IMG/VR virus record: IMGVR_UViG_3300000359_000035
Span: 1 to 6,462 of that record
Source: a virus
Length of the DNA stretch: 6,462 nt
Strand: one strand, 5' to 3'
Each line of letters begins with the position of its first letter. Position 1 is the first letter of the stretch. This document shows, piece after piece, positions 5,875 through 6,462 of the stretch. The notes below the pieces were generated by a model. It searched no databases. It had not been told where the DNA came from and saw only the letters and a list, made by a program, of their open reading frames with translations. Position numbers and translations under genes: made by a program.

Positions 5875-6417
5875 TTAAATTTTTACAGTCCCACCCAAAG
5901 ATTCGTAATGCTCTACCGTCGCGCGCCTCCTTACCCTTTCAAATATCCACATGTTGAATTTGATGTATTCTTCTATGGCACTGTCCCATTTTTGCTTTTT
6001 CTCTTGCATAGGAAAATCGGCCTGTGACGGCAACTCTGTTAGATTTTCCGTGCTGAATTTTTCAGCTAATTTTTTAGCTTCTGCAATAGCTCGTCGTTGT
6101 TTTTCCTCTTTCCTTCTAGTTTTCATAGCATTCCACGCAATAGGATTATCTCCCATTACCTCACGTCCGTATTTTTGCCAATATTCTCTAAGGTTGTCTA
6201 TTGTTTTCCAATCGTCTGCTTTCACTTTTTCTCCATATATCCATAGTATTCCTCTATTAAGGTTATTAATCCACATTTTCTCACGCTCTTTCTCGGTGAA
6301 TATTTTGTTTTTGTAGTATTTCGGCATAGCCATTTTTGTACCGTTTCGGAACGTATAGGTAGCTACGTTGATATTCTTATAATTCTGTTTTTGCCATAAA
6401 TAATCTAATCTATCCAT
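5875..6417 (-). CDS. Replication initiator VP4, C-terminal 180 aa of the same gene (Met at 6417 is internal; 6409-6417 duplicates 1-9)
   Basis: The open frame is continuous with 10..597 when the window is circularised. It contains MPKYYKNKIF and a basic/helical tail as in microvirus Rep C-termini. Stop TAA at 5877-5875. Total Rep = 376 aa. Confidence 0.88.
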   Translation of the reverse strand: MDRLDYLWQKQNYKNINVATYTFRNGTKMAMPKYYKNKIFTEKEREKMWINNLNRGILWIYGEKVKADDWKTIDNLREYWQKYGREVMGDNPIAWNAMKTRRKEEKQRRAIAEAKKLAEKFSTENLTELPSQADFPMQEKKQKWDSAIEEYIKFNMWIFERVRRRATVEHYESLGGTVKI

Positions 6418-6462
6418 GTATCCTGCTCCGATACCCGAACTCGCTAATACAATTTGTTTGAA
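6409..6462. repeat. Second copy of the 54-bp terminal direct repeat
   Basis: Identical to 1-54. Confidence 0.95.

Noticed and set aside
612-6316. All plus-strand ORFs in the track (612-797, 1234-1485, 1872-2060, 2455-2649, 2719-2913, 4382-4582, 5019-5213, 5506-5706, 5775-5957, 5797-6027, 5951-6316)
   Set aside because: Each is antisense to a well-supported minus-strand gene or, for 5775-6027, lies in the GC-rich hairpin region. All are short and have no start context. The genome is otherwise strictly unidirectional, as expected for an ssDNA phage.
1-6462. CRISPR arrays, tRNA/rRNA genes, transposase/IS elements
   Set aside because: No regularly spaced direct repeats, no cloverleaf-compatible tRNA-like segments and no transposase-like ORF are seen. 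The only repeats are the terminal redundancy and short intergenic motifs.

Overview
The window is a complete, circularly permuted genome of a small ssDNA phage of the family Microviridae. Architecture is gokushovirus/Alpavirinae-like and a Bacteroidetes host is likely. Positions 1-54 are identical to 6409-6462, so the true circular unit is 6408 nt. The window edge is an assembly junction that cuts through the replication-initiator gene. All credible genes are on the minus strand. In transcription order they are: a Bacteroidetes-type promoter (~5689-5658); five small unrecognisable accessory ORFs (5630-4303), including a tandem pair of paralogs and a single-TM protein; the major capsid protein VP1/F (4306-2228, 692 aa); a 111-aa ORF; a terminator-like hairpin plus a perfect 22-nt palindrome; the DNA-pilot/minor capsid VP2/H-like protein (1732-599, glycine-rich plus coiled coil); and the rolling-circle Rep VP4 (597-1 continuing 6417-5875). 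A GC-rich cluster of GNA-triloop mini-hairpins and direct repeats (5739-5852) follows the Rep stop. Reconstructed across the junction, Rep is 376 aa with an N-terminal Cys cluster and the HUH motifs I (YFTTLT), II (HLHGIFF) and III (YITKYMLK). No rRNA, tRNA or CRISPR is present. Every plus-strand ORF in the track, and the 155-aa minus-strand ORF 2..469, are judged spurious frames. The main points of interest are the unannotatable accessory module between rep and the capsid gene, and the structured ori/terminator-like intergenic region.
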